Positions 8,176 to 15,777 of a DNA stretch of 37,116 bases are shown in pieces. Where the stretch lies: assembly GCA_050293845.1 (NCBI GenBank), contig JBNKNM010000035.1, positions 1 through 37,116 of the forward strand, read 5' to 3'. The DNA is from Pseudobacteriovorax sp. (GTDB taxonomy: Bacteria; Bdellovibrionota_B; Oligoflexia; Oligoflexales; Oligoflexaceae). Within the stretch, counting starts at the first letter, position 1. Each line of letters starts with the position of its first letter. The position numbers and the translations under genes are program-made. Below the pieces are notes generated by a model that saw only the letters and a list, made by a program, of their open reading frames with translations, was not told where the DNA came from and ran no database searches.

Positions 8176-8926
8176 AAAGCTCCAATATCTTAAGGGCTGC
8201 TGATTGCTCGTAGACTTTTACGGTCCCCCACCTAACATCTTCGATTTCTCTAATTTCAAAGTTCCACTTTCGACTTATCTTCGAAAATAGTCGTCCCAAA
8301 GCACTGTCGCTTTTGGAAACGGTAGCAAGCTGGGGGTACTTGTTTTGCCAAGCAATCGCTGTCTTCCATTTTTTGGCCTCGCCTAGTTGCGCGAGAAGCT
8401 TCTCATTGGTTTTTTCTGACGTCTTAAGCCTTCGCACTGCGGCACTCGCAGTAGCCATGGCGGTGGCGACTTTTTTATCACCAATCTTAGCTCTATCTCT
8501 TTCGGCCTGAATCCTTAGGGCATGCTCTTGCTTGAGTCTGTTCCCAGCTTCAATTAATAAGTCGGAAAGGTCTTTTGGCTTTTGTTGCTCGGTAGATAGT
8601 CTTAGGCACTCAGTAAGAAATCGGCGCATTTGATGGCCCGCTTCTTTATGACCGTTGGCTATAACTTCCATAGCGACCTGAATGGTGGTGGTAATCTCCT
8701 TACTAGGTGCACCACGACCGGAATTCTCGACTTTTTTGTCGAAAATTAAATAATCAATGTTTTCAATGTAATAAGTGAGTTTCCTGGAAGCCCATTTGTT
8801 GAAATCGAGAGTTTTTGCAACAGCTCCCTTTTCTACAAGGACATCAAAAATATCCCTCAAGTTGACTTGATCATCTAGCTTGATTGGTATTGGTGTTTTA
8901 AAATCTATTTGAATAAGATTAGTCAT
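8168..8926 (-). CDS. AntA/AntB-type phage antirepressor
   Basis: VNLRDIF...DFNKW...ENIDY...GRGAPSKE...AME...G.QMRRF; C-terminal IGDKKVATAMATASAAVR...DVRWGTVKVY module typical of phage antirepressors. Confidence 0.8.
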   Translation of the reverse strand: MTNLIQIDFKTPIPIKLDDQVNLRDIFDVLVEKGAVAKTLDFNKWASRKLTYYIENIDYLIFDKKVENSGRGAPSKEITTTIQVAMEVIANGHKEAGHQMRRFLTECLRLSTEQQKPKDLSDLLIEAGNRLKQEHALRIQAERDRAKIGDKKVATAMATASAAVRRLKTSEKTNEKLLAQLGEAKKWKTAIAWQNKYPQLATVSKSDSALGRLFSKISRKWNFEIREIEDVRWGTVKVYEQSAALKILELYG

Positions 8927-9614
8927 CCTTACCCACCTTTTCTGTCATGTCATCAAAAAGTGGAACATTCAGATACCTGGGACCAAAATGTTTGGGTTTA
9001 AACTTGGTTTTCAGATCACTAAGAACATCGATGATGTCAGAGTATTCATTTTGATATCGGTCATTTTCTGGGATGTTTGTGAGGAACTTCTTAAACTGAC
9101 CAAGCGCACCAGAAATAAGTTTTCTTTGCACCCAAGCGTGCTTTTCAATTTCGTCCATTTCGGCAAGTGTTTTAGCTCCACTAATCCAGCTCATCTTGCC
9201 GAGCCCATCTGGAGTACTGTCAACCTGAAAGTAACCGAACTTATGTTGATACTTTCGTACAGGAAGTCTGCTATTAAGTTTGGCTATGATTTCCCCACGG
9301 TGATTAAACTCTTCAATAAACATTTCTTGAAATTGCGCAGCCCTTTTCCCTGTAAACCCCATCGCTAATACGGCGAAACCATCTCTTGTAATCTCGTACA
9401 TGGCATTTGATTTGCCAGTTTCATCGATGTATTCACTCGGCGCAAAATTGCGCCGAGCAAATAATTTCGAATAGTTAAGTGCTTTATTCCTTATTGATCG
9501 CATGACATCTTTATGATTCTTTTCAAAAATTTTAGCGATAACTAAAGATGTTGTAACAGGTCGCTCATTCTTCACATAAACGAGGTTTGTATTGTTAACC
9601 ACTTCAAGATTCAT
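8919..9614 (-). CDS. Rha family phage regulatory protein
   Basis: PVTTSLVIAKIFEKNHKDVMRSI...NFAPSEY.DETGK..MYEITRDGFAVLAMGFTGKRAAQF is canonical Rha. Confidence 0.93.
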   Translation of the reverse strand: MNLEVVNNTNLVYVKNERPVTTSLVIAKIFEKNHKDVMRSIRNKALNYSKLFARRNFAPSEYIDETGKSNAMYEITRDGFAVLAMGFTGKRAAQFQEMFIEEFNHRGEIIAKLNSRLPVRKYQHKFGYFQVDSTPDGLGKMSWISGAKTLAEMDEIEKHAWVQRKLISGALGQFKKFLTNIPENDRYQNEYSDIIDVLSDLKTKFKPKHFGPRYLNVPLFDDMTEKVGKDD

Positions 9615-9619
9615 ATCTG

Positions 9620-10333
9620 TTAGTCTCCGGTCTCCGAGGGCTTATTTTTTAATACGTTTTCATGGCCCATCTTTACTCGATAAAATGTCGCTAAACCTAA
9701 AAAGCGTCTTACATCTCTAGAGTGGTACCTTTCAGTGAGCTGGTCGAGAGTCAGATTTGATGAAAAGAATGTAAACTTCTTCTCACCCTTTTCCGTGTAT
9801 GCGTGAAGCCTCTGATCAAGGATTGCGTAAAGCTGCTCTCTGGTCCATTCTGTAGAACGTTCGACACCGATATCGTCTAAGAACAGAAAGCGACATGATG
9901 TTAGTTTTTTTTGGATCTCAGTTTTGTAATGAAAATCGTCCTGAGCCATGGCATCAATAGCATGTTTTAGTTGGGTGAAGATGACTTGCTCTGGATACTT
10001 TTTCACAAGCATGATCGCTAGTGTTTTCAAGATAGCTGTTTTACCGCATCCAGGATCTCCATATAAATAAACTCCCTTGTCATTAGTTTCGGGATCAAAT
10101 CTTAAGACCAAGCCACCAACTTTGTCCGAACCTTTCCAAAAGTCGCGAACATAGGCAGGTCTGAATGTTTCAAAGTCCTTTCTTGTTATGCCAATATAGT
10201 TTGAGTCAATAGCCATAGATCCAACAAGTAGGGAGGTCTTCCACCTTTCTCGTTCCTCCTCTGTAGGACCAGGAATATGCTTTGGATTTCGACCTTCCGC
10301 CATTTTAGATAGCTCAGAAAAGTTAACTGTCAT
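9620..10333 (-). CDS. DnaC/IstB-like AAA+ ATPase (helicase loader)
   Basis: Walker A GDPGCGKT, Walker B FLFLDDIG, ERSTEW, SSNL; follows the initiator. Confidence 0.9.
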   Translation of the reverse strand: MTVNFSELSKMAEGRNPKHIPGPTEEERERWKTSLLVGSMAIDSNYIGITRKDFETFRPAYVRDFWKGSDKVGGLVLRFDPETNDKGVYLYGDPGCGKTAILKTLAIMLVKKYPEQVIFTQLKHAIDAMAQDDFHYKTEIQKKLTSCRFLFLDDIGVERSTEWTREQLYAILDQRLHAYTEKGEKKFTFFSSNLTLDQLTERYHSRDVRRFLGLATFYRVKMGHENVLKNKPSETGD

Positions 10334-11297
10334 CAGATGACTCCTCTAGCTTAGCTTGTGACTCGGTGGCCTCACGCACGATTCTACGCTTATACTCCTC
10401 GTGACCATCATCGACCTTTGTACGATATGCGTTTAAAGGCCCACAATTGCTGTTCTCTTGCGATTTTTGATATAGGATAAGGTCTAAGCTTGTCCTTTCC
10501 CCTTTTCGCCTCAGAAGCCCTACTGGGCTAAAGGATTTATCACGCCAAAATTCAGAGTTCTGACACCAGGAAAACAAAGAAGTGATATCGTCTTCAGAAA
10601 GCTGGTACTCATGTCGCATTCTGGTTATAGCTACTACAAATTTTGCAGGTTCGAACTGTCCTCTAGGAACCTGTTCTTTTGCGTATGTAAACCACTCACT
10701 AGCTTGCGTCATATCGAAGTCGGAAATTTTGCCAACCCATTTTTTTGGTATATCCTTTTCTGAAATAAGAGAAACATCAGATGCGCTAGCATCTGACAAA
10801 AAAGATGAACTCTGTTCGGATTCAGAACTGGTCTTCTTTTTTGATATTTTTTCTTTGCTATGTGTTGTATTGGATTTGCTTAAAGCGAAGCCGCCGTCGG
10901 CCTGAGCTTTAATTGCACTTGAGTTGCTTAACTGTAGCTTCATCAGCATAAGTTTTCTCTTTGTTGATGCACCTCCTTTACGAGATTTTTCTAGGTGTTT
11001 TTTCATAGATAGAATCTGGGCTTCATTGCCATGAATTCTATAATGATTGTCCTTTGTCTTAGAAATATAGCCGGAGTTTAACAAGGCATCAAATAGCCGA
11101 TCTCCAAACTTTTCTTCGAAAACTAGACACCAGTCGAGAATTTCATCCTTAGTAGCCTCCACTTTTCCTTCTGACTGAGAACCGTGCCATAGTCTGGGTA
11201 AAGGGCCAATTAGGAAGTTTTCTTCAATTTGAGAGAGAAAGGATAGCTTTTTTAACCGACTATCACCGAACGCGTGTTCTTCAATATTTAGCCGCAT
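10323..11297 (-). CDS. Phage replication initiator (O-like)
   Basis: wHTH-like N-terminus, SRKGG then low-complexity linker, WCQNSEFW...S..GL DnaD-like C-terminus; upstream of a DnaC-like gene. Confidence 0.7.
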   Translation of the reverse strand: MRLNIEEHAFGDSRLKKLSFLSQIEENFLIGPLPRLWHGSQSEGKVEATKDEILDWCLVFEEKFGDRLFDALLNSGYISKTKDNHYRIHGNEAQILSMKKHLEKSRKGGASTKRKLMLMKLQLSNSSAIKAQADGGFALSKSNTTHSKEKISKKKTSSESEQSSSFLSDASASDVSLISEKDIPKKWVGKISDFDMTQASEWFTYAKEQVPRGQFEPAKFVVAITRMRHEYQLSEDDITSLFSWCQNSEFWRDKSFSPVGLLRRKGERTSLDLILYQKSQENSNCGPLNAYRTKVDDGHEEYKRRIVREATESQAKLEESSDDS

Positions 11298-11374
11298 ATT
11301 TGAGTCCTTTTACTGAAAAATAGGTTGATACGAGCCTGGTAGGAGGCTCGATACTAGAAAAAAAAATCTAGGTT

Positions 11375-11608
11375 TTAGACTCTCCTTTCATCTAAGATCT
11401 GTGTAAGCCGGTTCAGGCGTGCCTTGACAAGCTTTAGCGTGCTATTGCATTGATCGGCATAGTTTTTTTTGGACGCTTCAAGCATCTCTTTTAGTTTTAA
11501 AATGCTAAGGAGTTCTCTTTGGAGATCGTCTACGTCCATGCATTCGGTCTCTTCTGGCTCCAAGGAAATTAAATCTGCCCTCAACTCTTCAATATCTTCT
11601 AACTTCAA
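11375..11608 (-). CDS. Small helical phage hypothetical protein
   Basis: GGAGGAG RBS at 11614-11620 points to a TTG start at 11608 or 11611. Confidence 0.65.
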   Translation of the reverse strand: MKLEDIEELRADLISLEPEETECMDVDDLQRELLSILKLKEMLEASKKNYADQCNSTLKLVKARLNRLTQILDERRV

Positions 11609-11635
11609 CAAAACTCCTCCTATCTTGTTACACAA

Positions 11636-12235
11636 TTATGACGCTGATATGTTTTCGTTAAGATCGTTAAAACTCTGCTCTGCATTTTGCGGCATTGTTT
11701 CGGCTTCGACATCAACGGTAATTCCCAGTAAAATATGTGGTGCAAATTTACGAATAAGCATCATGGCTGATCTGTAGCTAAGCATTTGTACCGGCATACT
11801 TTTATATTTAGGATTACGAATCCAGTCCTCTCCTATCGCCATTCTAATGCTGGCTTCGGCCTCACATTTAAAACCATCTGACTTTCTCGTTGCCATAGCC
11901 CAGATCCGAAGGTCTTCCCACTTTTCTCCTTCCTGTCTCCAGCAGATATCTGTGGAAAAAACTCCTCGGCTCATTGCTAGTGCCATAGCCAATTGAGCGG
12001 AGATTTGAGGTGTACCGTTTATGGTAGAAATTTCCTTAAGAGCGATTATATTGCTTGACAGTCCAAGGTCGTTCCCTATTTGTAGGGCAACAAAAATATC
12101 TTCCGGTTTGCCAGCATATCGTTTTGGAATAATCCCTGATTTTACAAATTGGTTCGAAATTGCAAGTAATTCCTGCATTTGTGGTGGTAGACTTAGTAGT
12201 TCTTTTTTTTCAGCAATAGCTAATTCGTTTACCAT
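11636..12235 (-). CDS. RecT-like single-strand annealing recombinase
   Basis: IPKRYAGKPEDIFVALQIG.DLGL...I..INGTP...KYKSMP.QML.YR....IR..AP..LLG; adjacent to an exonuclease. Confidence 0.8.
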   Translation of the reverse strand: MVNELAIAEKKELLSLPPQMQELLAISNQFVKSGIIPKRYAGKPEDIFVALQIGNDLGLSSNIIALKEISTINGTPQISAQLAMALAMSRGVFSTDICWRQEGEKWEDLRIWAMATRKSDGFKCEAEASIRMAIGEDWIRNPKYKSMPVQMLSYRSAMMLIRKFAPHILLGITVDVEAETMPQNAEQSFNDLNENISAS

Positions 12236-13071
12236 GTTGACCCCTTTCTCCATGAAGGTAAACTGATTTTCTGGACACCCTCATAGTATCCAGGCCATTT
12301 ATTTTCTTCTTGGCATCTTTGATAATCTAATATCGCTCGATCGATAGCTGCGTTACCAGCTATTATGTCTTCAGGTTCGAAAGTATATAGCGAAACGTTA
12401 AATGGTGGCTTTGTTTCTACAACCAGAAATAGGTATTTAAAGTATTCACCGGTAATAATTTTCAGGCCGCGCATGGTTAGAGCAGCAGAAATATGATAAT
12501 TATGAATTGACGCCGTTTTTTCAAACTCGTACTTCCCCTCGGAGGATGTGGTCTTTAAGTCAACAACGAAATTTTTTGATTTGAAAAGGAGGTCTGGTCT
12601 GCACTTGAGAGTTTGATTAAAGTCTGGATCATTCCAGTAGCACGAGACTTCAGGTGTACCATCTAAGTTTAAAAAGTAACGACCAACTTTTTGCTCAAGT
12701 ACAGCTTCGTGTATAGCTTCTAATAGCTGGAATTCTTTATATGGGATTACTATTTTATTGGGATTCTTATCAACAAGTTCTTTATATGCGTTATGACGGC
12801 GATCCTTACCAATTGGACCAGAAATATACAGATCCTTGAATCTCGCAAATTCCAGTAGCATCGCGTGAATATCTGTGCCCATTGACTGAGATTTTGTATC
12901 TGAAATTTTAAGACCGTCTTCTTTAAGAAATTTATAATGAAAGTTCCTTGGAGTTTTTAGCAACTCTTCGATTACTGACTTGCTTAGCCACCACCATTTA
13001 CTGTGATAGTCAGCCATCGGTTCGTCTTCAATAATAAAATTACCTCTAGGTCCAAAAACTTCAGATGACAT
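12229..13071 (-). CDS. RecE-like PD-(D/E)XK exonuclease (DUF3799 / exonuclease VIII-like)
   Basis: YH...LSKS, GT.IH..LLE, EVS.YW, KCRPD, VDLKTT, VET.PP, WPGY; start probably ATG 13071. Confidence 0.88.
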   Translation of the reverse strand: MSSEVFGPRGNFIIEDEPMADYHSKWWWLSKSVIEELLKTPRNFHYKFLKEDGLKISDTKSQSMGTDIHAMLLEFARFKDLYISGPIGKDRRHNAYKELVDKNPNKIVIPYKEFQLLEAIHEAVLEQKVGRYFLNLDGTPEVSCYWNDPDFNQTLKCRPDLLFKSKNFVVDLKTTSSEGKYEFEKTASIHNYHISAALTMRGLKIITGEYFKYLFLVVETKPPFNVSLYTFEPEDIIAGNAAIDRAILDYQRCQEENKWPGYYEGVQKISLPSWRKGSTW

Positions 13072-13312
13072 GCTCAAACTCCGCTTCGGGGTTTTTTTCG
13101 CGAATATAGTCATTAATGACTTCTTGGACATACTGTAGGCTTAAAAGGCTCGGCGTATGAGTTTGAGTTCGCCAGCTATTCAACGTACGAACATCAAAAT
13201 TAATACGACCCCATAATTCAGTGGAACTCATTCCTGCGTCGCGTGCTTCTTGCTCTAAACGGTCTAGGAGTACGTTTGTATCTAGAAATTTAAGGAGTTT
13301 GACTTTTGCCAT
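13061..13312 (-). CDS. Cro-like XRE HTH protein
   Basis: GMSSTELWGRINFDVRTLNSWRTQTHTPSL; AAGGA RBS before ATG 13312. Confidence 0.7.
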   Translation of the reverse strand: MAKVKLLKFLDTNVLLDRLEQEARDAGMSSTELWGRINFDVRTLNSWRTQTHTPSLLSLQYVQEVINDYIREKNPEAEFEHVI

Positions 13313-13328
13313 TACACTGTCCTTGTGT

Positions 13329-13358
13329 AAAATGGGGATCAGTCCAGTGACCGACCCC
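13329..13358 (-). terminator. Terminator-like hairpin after the lipoprotein gene
   Basis: GGGGTCGGTC-actg-GACTGATCCC (two G-U pairs) followed by CATTTT. Confidence 0.55.
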
Positions 13359-13373
13359 CCAAACCAGGGTATC

Positions 13374-14231
13374 TTATGAGCGTGTGCAGGTAATTTGCAC
13401 ATCGTCAGTTGAGTTTAATTTGATGACATTTGATTGACCGACATCAAAGGCTTTTTGCTCTGCAATAGATAACAGAACTGGAGCATTGGCGGAAGCTAGT
13501 GACTGGATTGAATCATATGTTAGTGATTGAAAATCACTTTCACAAATGTTGCTGTCATCATGATCAAAAATTAAAGTTTCAAAGTTCATGACGTAGCTAT
13601 AGAGGGTGATTTGTATTCCTGTTAAAGCGGGAGATATAGAATTAGGGTTATAGGCATTCTCGAAAAGCCCTAAGGGTAAATCTAGTTGCCAACTGTTTAG
13701 CAATGGTGAAAACGGAAAGTCTTCAAATGTTTCTACTGACCTTAAAACAACAGATTTTTCTGAAGCATGACTAAGCGAGTATCCGCTAAGTCTCGAAGCA
13801 AGCTCTTCATTTATCGATACGGGAACATTGAAATCTAAAGTTACTAATAGATCAGATCCACCTACTTCGACTACGGCATCCTCGACTTCGATGGGAGTTA
13901 GAGCTAGATTTAATAACTCAATGACTCTTGTTTCATCCCCATCTAAAGGGATACGATTGTCGCCACAGATTAGATACTGGTGATTTTCTTCTACAGTGAT
14001 AGTACATGATACTCCGTCCTTTCCGTCCTGGCCGTCTTTTCCTTCAGGGATGGTAACGATACTTTCACCGCATTGAATAGCATCGGTACCATTCTCAAGC
14101 TTAAGCACCGAACAGCTTACTCCATCAGCACCGTCGATACCGTTTGCACCATTCTTTCCTTTGTCTCCCTTGAAATCGCAACCGATAAAAGCGAGGATGA
14201 TAGGTAAAAAAATTAGACTAAAAAATTTCAT
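13374..14231 (-). CDS. Lipoprotein with short collagen-like G-X-Y repeats
   Basis: Lipobox-like FIGC; GDKGKNGANGIDGADG and GKDGQDGKDG, each followed by VSC-x(12-13)-CG. Confidence 0.8.
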   Translation of the reverse strand: MKFFSLIFLPIILAFIGCDFKGDKGKNGANGIDGADGVSCSVLKLENGTDAIQCGESIVTIPEGKDGQDGKDGVSCTITVEENHQYLICGDNRIPLDGDETRVIELLNLALTPIEVEDAVVEVGGSDLLVTLDFNVPVSINEELASRLSGYSLSHASEKSVVLRSVETFEDFPFSPLLNSWQLDLPLGLFENAYNPNSISPALTGIQITLYSYVMNFETLIFDHDDSNICESDFQSLTYDSIQSLASANAPVLLSIAEQKAFDVGQSNVIKLNSTDDVQITCTRS

Positions 14232-14282
14232 ACATGATCTCCGAAAAAATTATAATAATACTGAAGCTTTATTGCTCCAGAT

Positions 14283-14576
14283 TTAGGGTTTAATTGACCA
14301 GTTTTGCTCGAAGTCAAAAACTGATTTATGTAGGCCCACTATGGGATCATCAGAACAACATGGGTTTTCAATTACTCGAACCCCTGCTCTGATAAGCATG
14401 TCCTTCAATACTTTGTTTTCTAGTCGTGTACCAAATTTCAATAGAAGCAAAAACTGAATACGACTCAACACTCTGCTAAAATCACGAAAGATCATTGTCG
14501 CAATCACAATCTCTATATATGAAGCTTTGGGGAGACTAAAAATGTAGTCTTCAATATTTCGCATATAAGGCTTCAT
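14283..14576 (-). CDS. Hypothetical protein
   Basis: 97-aa ORF in an AT-rich region, first gene of the leftward arm; weak RBS. Confidence 0.5.
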   Translation of the reverse strand: MKPYMRNIEDYIFSLPKASYIEIVIATMIFRDFSRVLSRIQFLLLLKFGTRLENKVLKDMLIRAGVRVIENPCCSDDPIVGLHKSVFDFEQNWSIKP

Positions 14577-14619
14577 TTAATGTCCAGGGCTTTATGTTTA
14601 TCCTTTGATCGCCGAGGTG

Positions 14620-14935
14620 AGTTGCATGTTAATCTTAAAAAAAACCTTATCTCAACATGCAATTTTCCGAGTTATATTTTTCGAAAAAAAAATCGTGTGA
14701 TTAATAAATGTAAGAGTGAAAAATATTTTTAGATGGTATTGAAATTCTTAAAATCTGCGATTAATTGCAGATTAAATTGCACGTTTATAGCTTGAGATCA
14801 AACTTCTACCAAAAAAATTGATAAGTTATCAATCGCACAAGTTTTATAGTAAAAAATTAACTCCAACTCTATTACGATAATTATTCTATGAAGTTACGTG
14901 AATGTTGTGAAATTGCAGATATATTTTTCGCAATA
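14620..14935. promoter_or_regulatory. Divergent switch region with candidate operators
   Basis: AATTGCAGAT at 14763 and 14911, inverted near-copy at 14753; ATTGATAA-g-TTATCAAT palindrome 14817-14833; TTGCATGTT/AACATGCAA inverted repeat 14622-14662. Confidence 0.55.
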
Positions 14936-14990
14936 ATATAAGTAAACAAATGTCCTCAACTACGTATGCGTCATCTGCTGGAGATTTAAG

Positions 14991-15431
14991 ATGAGCCAGA
15001 GGGAAAAGCTGATAGATCCCCTTATGAAAATGTACAAAGTGAATACTCAGAAAGAATTATGTAAGAAAATTAAAGTTTCTTATTCTACTTTTAATCGGTG
15101 GTATAACGGAGAGATTCAAAATCCCTCTGAAAAGTTTTCAATCCGCTTAGGTACAGAGTTATTGAAAGTGTGGAGTTATGACGAAGTTCAGAAAGGTATT
15201 TCTCTCGCAGGTGTTGATACAGCAGTTATCTCTGAATCGATTAAGAGAGATCGAGTTAGAGCCGTAATTAACGCTGTTACTACATGTTCGAGTCACATGC
15301 AAGGTTTGACGCTTGAAGAAATAACATTGCTTGCATTTCAAATTCTATCAAAAAACGACATCGATCCTAACGATGCGAAGCAGGTTGCGGTCGAAATAAT
15401 AGCTATATTTCAGTCTAAAAATATGACTTGA
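14991..15431 (+). CDS. XRE-family HTH repressor (CI-like; no S24 peptidase domain evident)
   Basis: TQKELCKKIKVSYSTFNRWYNGEIQNPS; divergent from the early operon; GGAG RBS. Confidence 0.82.
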   Translation: MSQREKLIDPLMKMYKVNTQKELCKKIKVSYSTFNRWYNGEIQNPSEKFSIRLGTELLKVWSYDEVQKGISLAGVDTAVISESIKRDRVRAVINAVTTCSSHMQGLTLEEITLLAFQILSKNDIDPNDAKQVAVEIIAIFQSKNMT

Positions 15432-15567
15432 ATTTGTGAATAAAAAAAACTACGTTGCTCAATCGGTAGGTTCTAGGATGGAAACTACCGCTCAATATCC
15501 TCAACTCTTCAATTTCACTTCTTCGCAAAATTCCCTTTGCAATACTTAATCTATTGAGGTTTATTTT

Positions 15568-15777
15568 ATGGGTTCCGGTAAAAGGGATAAGCTCTTTGAC
15601 AATTTAATATCAAAGGAAGAAATTTCGAGAGAACTTGGCATTTCCGTTAAAACCGTCAGCAACTGGATGTCAAAGGGTAAGCTGCCTAGCATAAAAATTG
15701 GTCGAAAAAACTATGCTATTAGGTCGTCCTTAGAAATCTGGTTTGAAGAGATACGGAAGAAAGGATATATCAAGTGA
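15568..15777 (+). CDS. xis: Excisionase-like HTH protein
   Basis: LISKEEISRELGISVKTVSNWMSKGKLPSIKIGR; GTGA overlap with the integrase. Confidence 0.85.
   Translation: MGSGKRDKLFDNLISKEEISRELGISVKTVSNWMSKGKLPSIKIGRKNYAIRSSLEIWFEEIRKKGYIK

Noticed and set aside
2722..9614. Shufflon-type invertible cassette among the antirepressor-like genes
   Set aside because: All genes are on one strand with their own starts; no repeated crossover sites or dedicated invertase seen; similarity is at protein level only.
9620..10333. IS21 IstB helper
   Set aside because: No IstA transposase; its position after a phage initiator indicates a DnaC-like loader.
11332..11351. Hairpin CGAGCCT...AGGCTCG as a terminator
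   Set aside because: No adjacent U-tract on either strand; function unclear.
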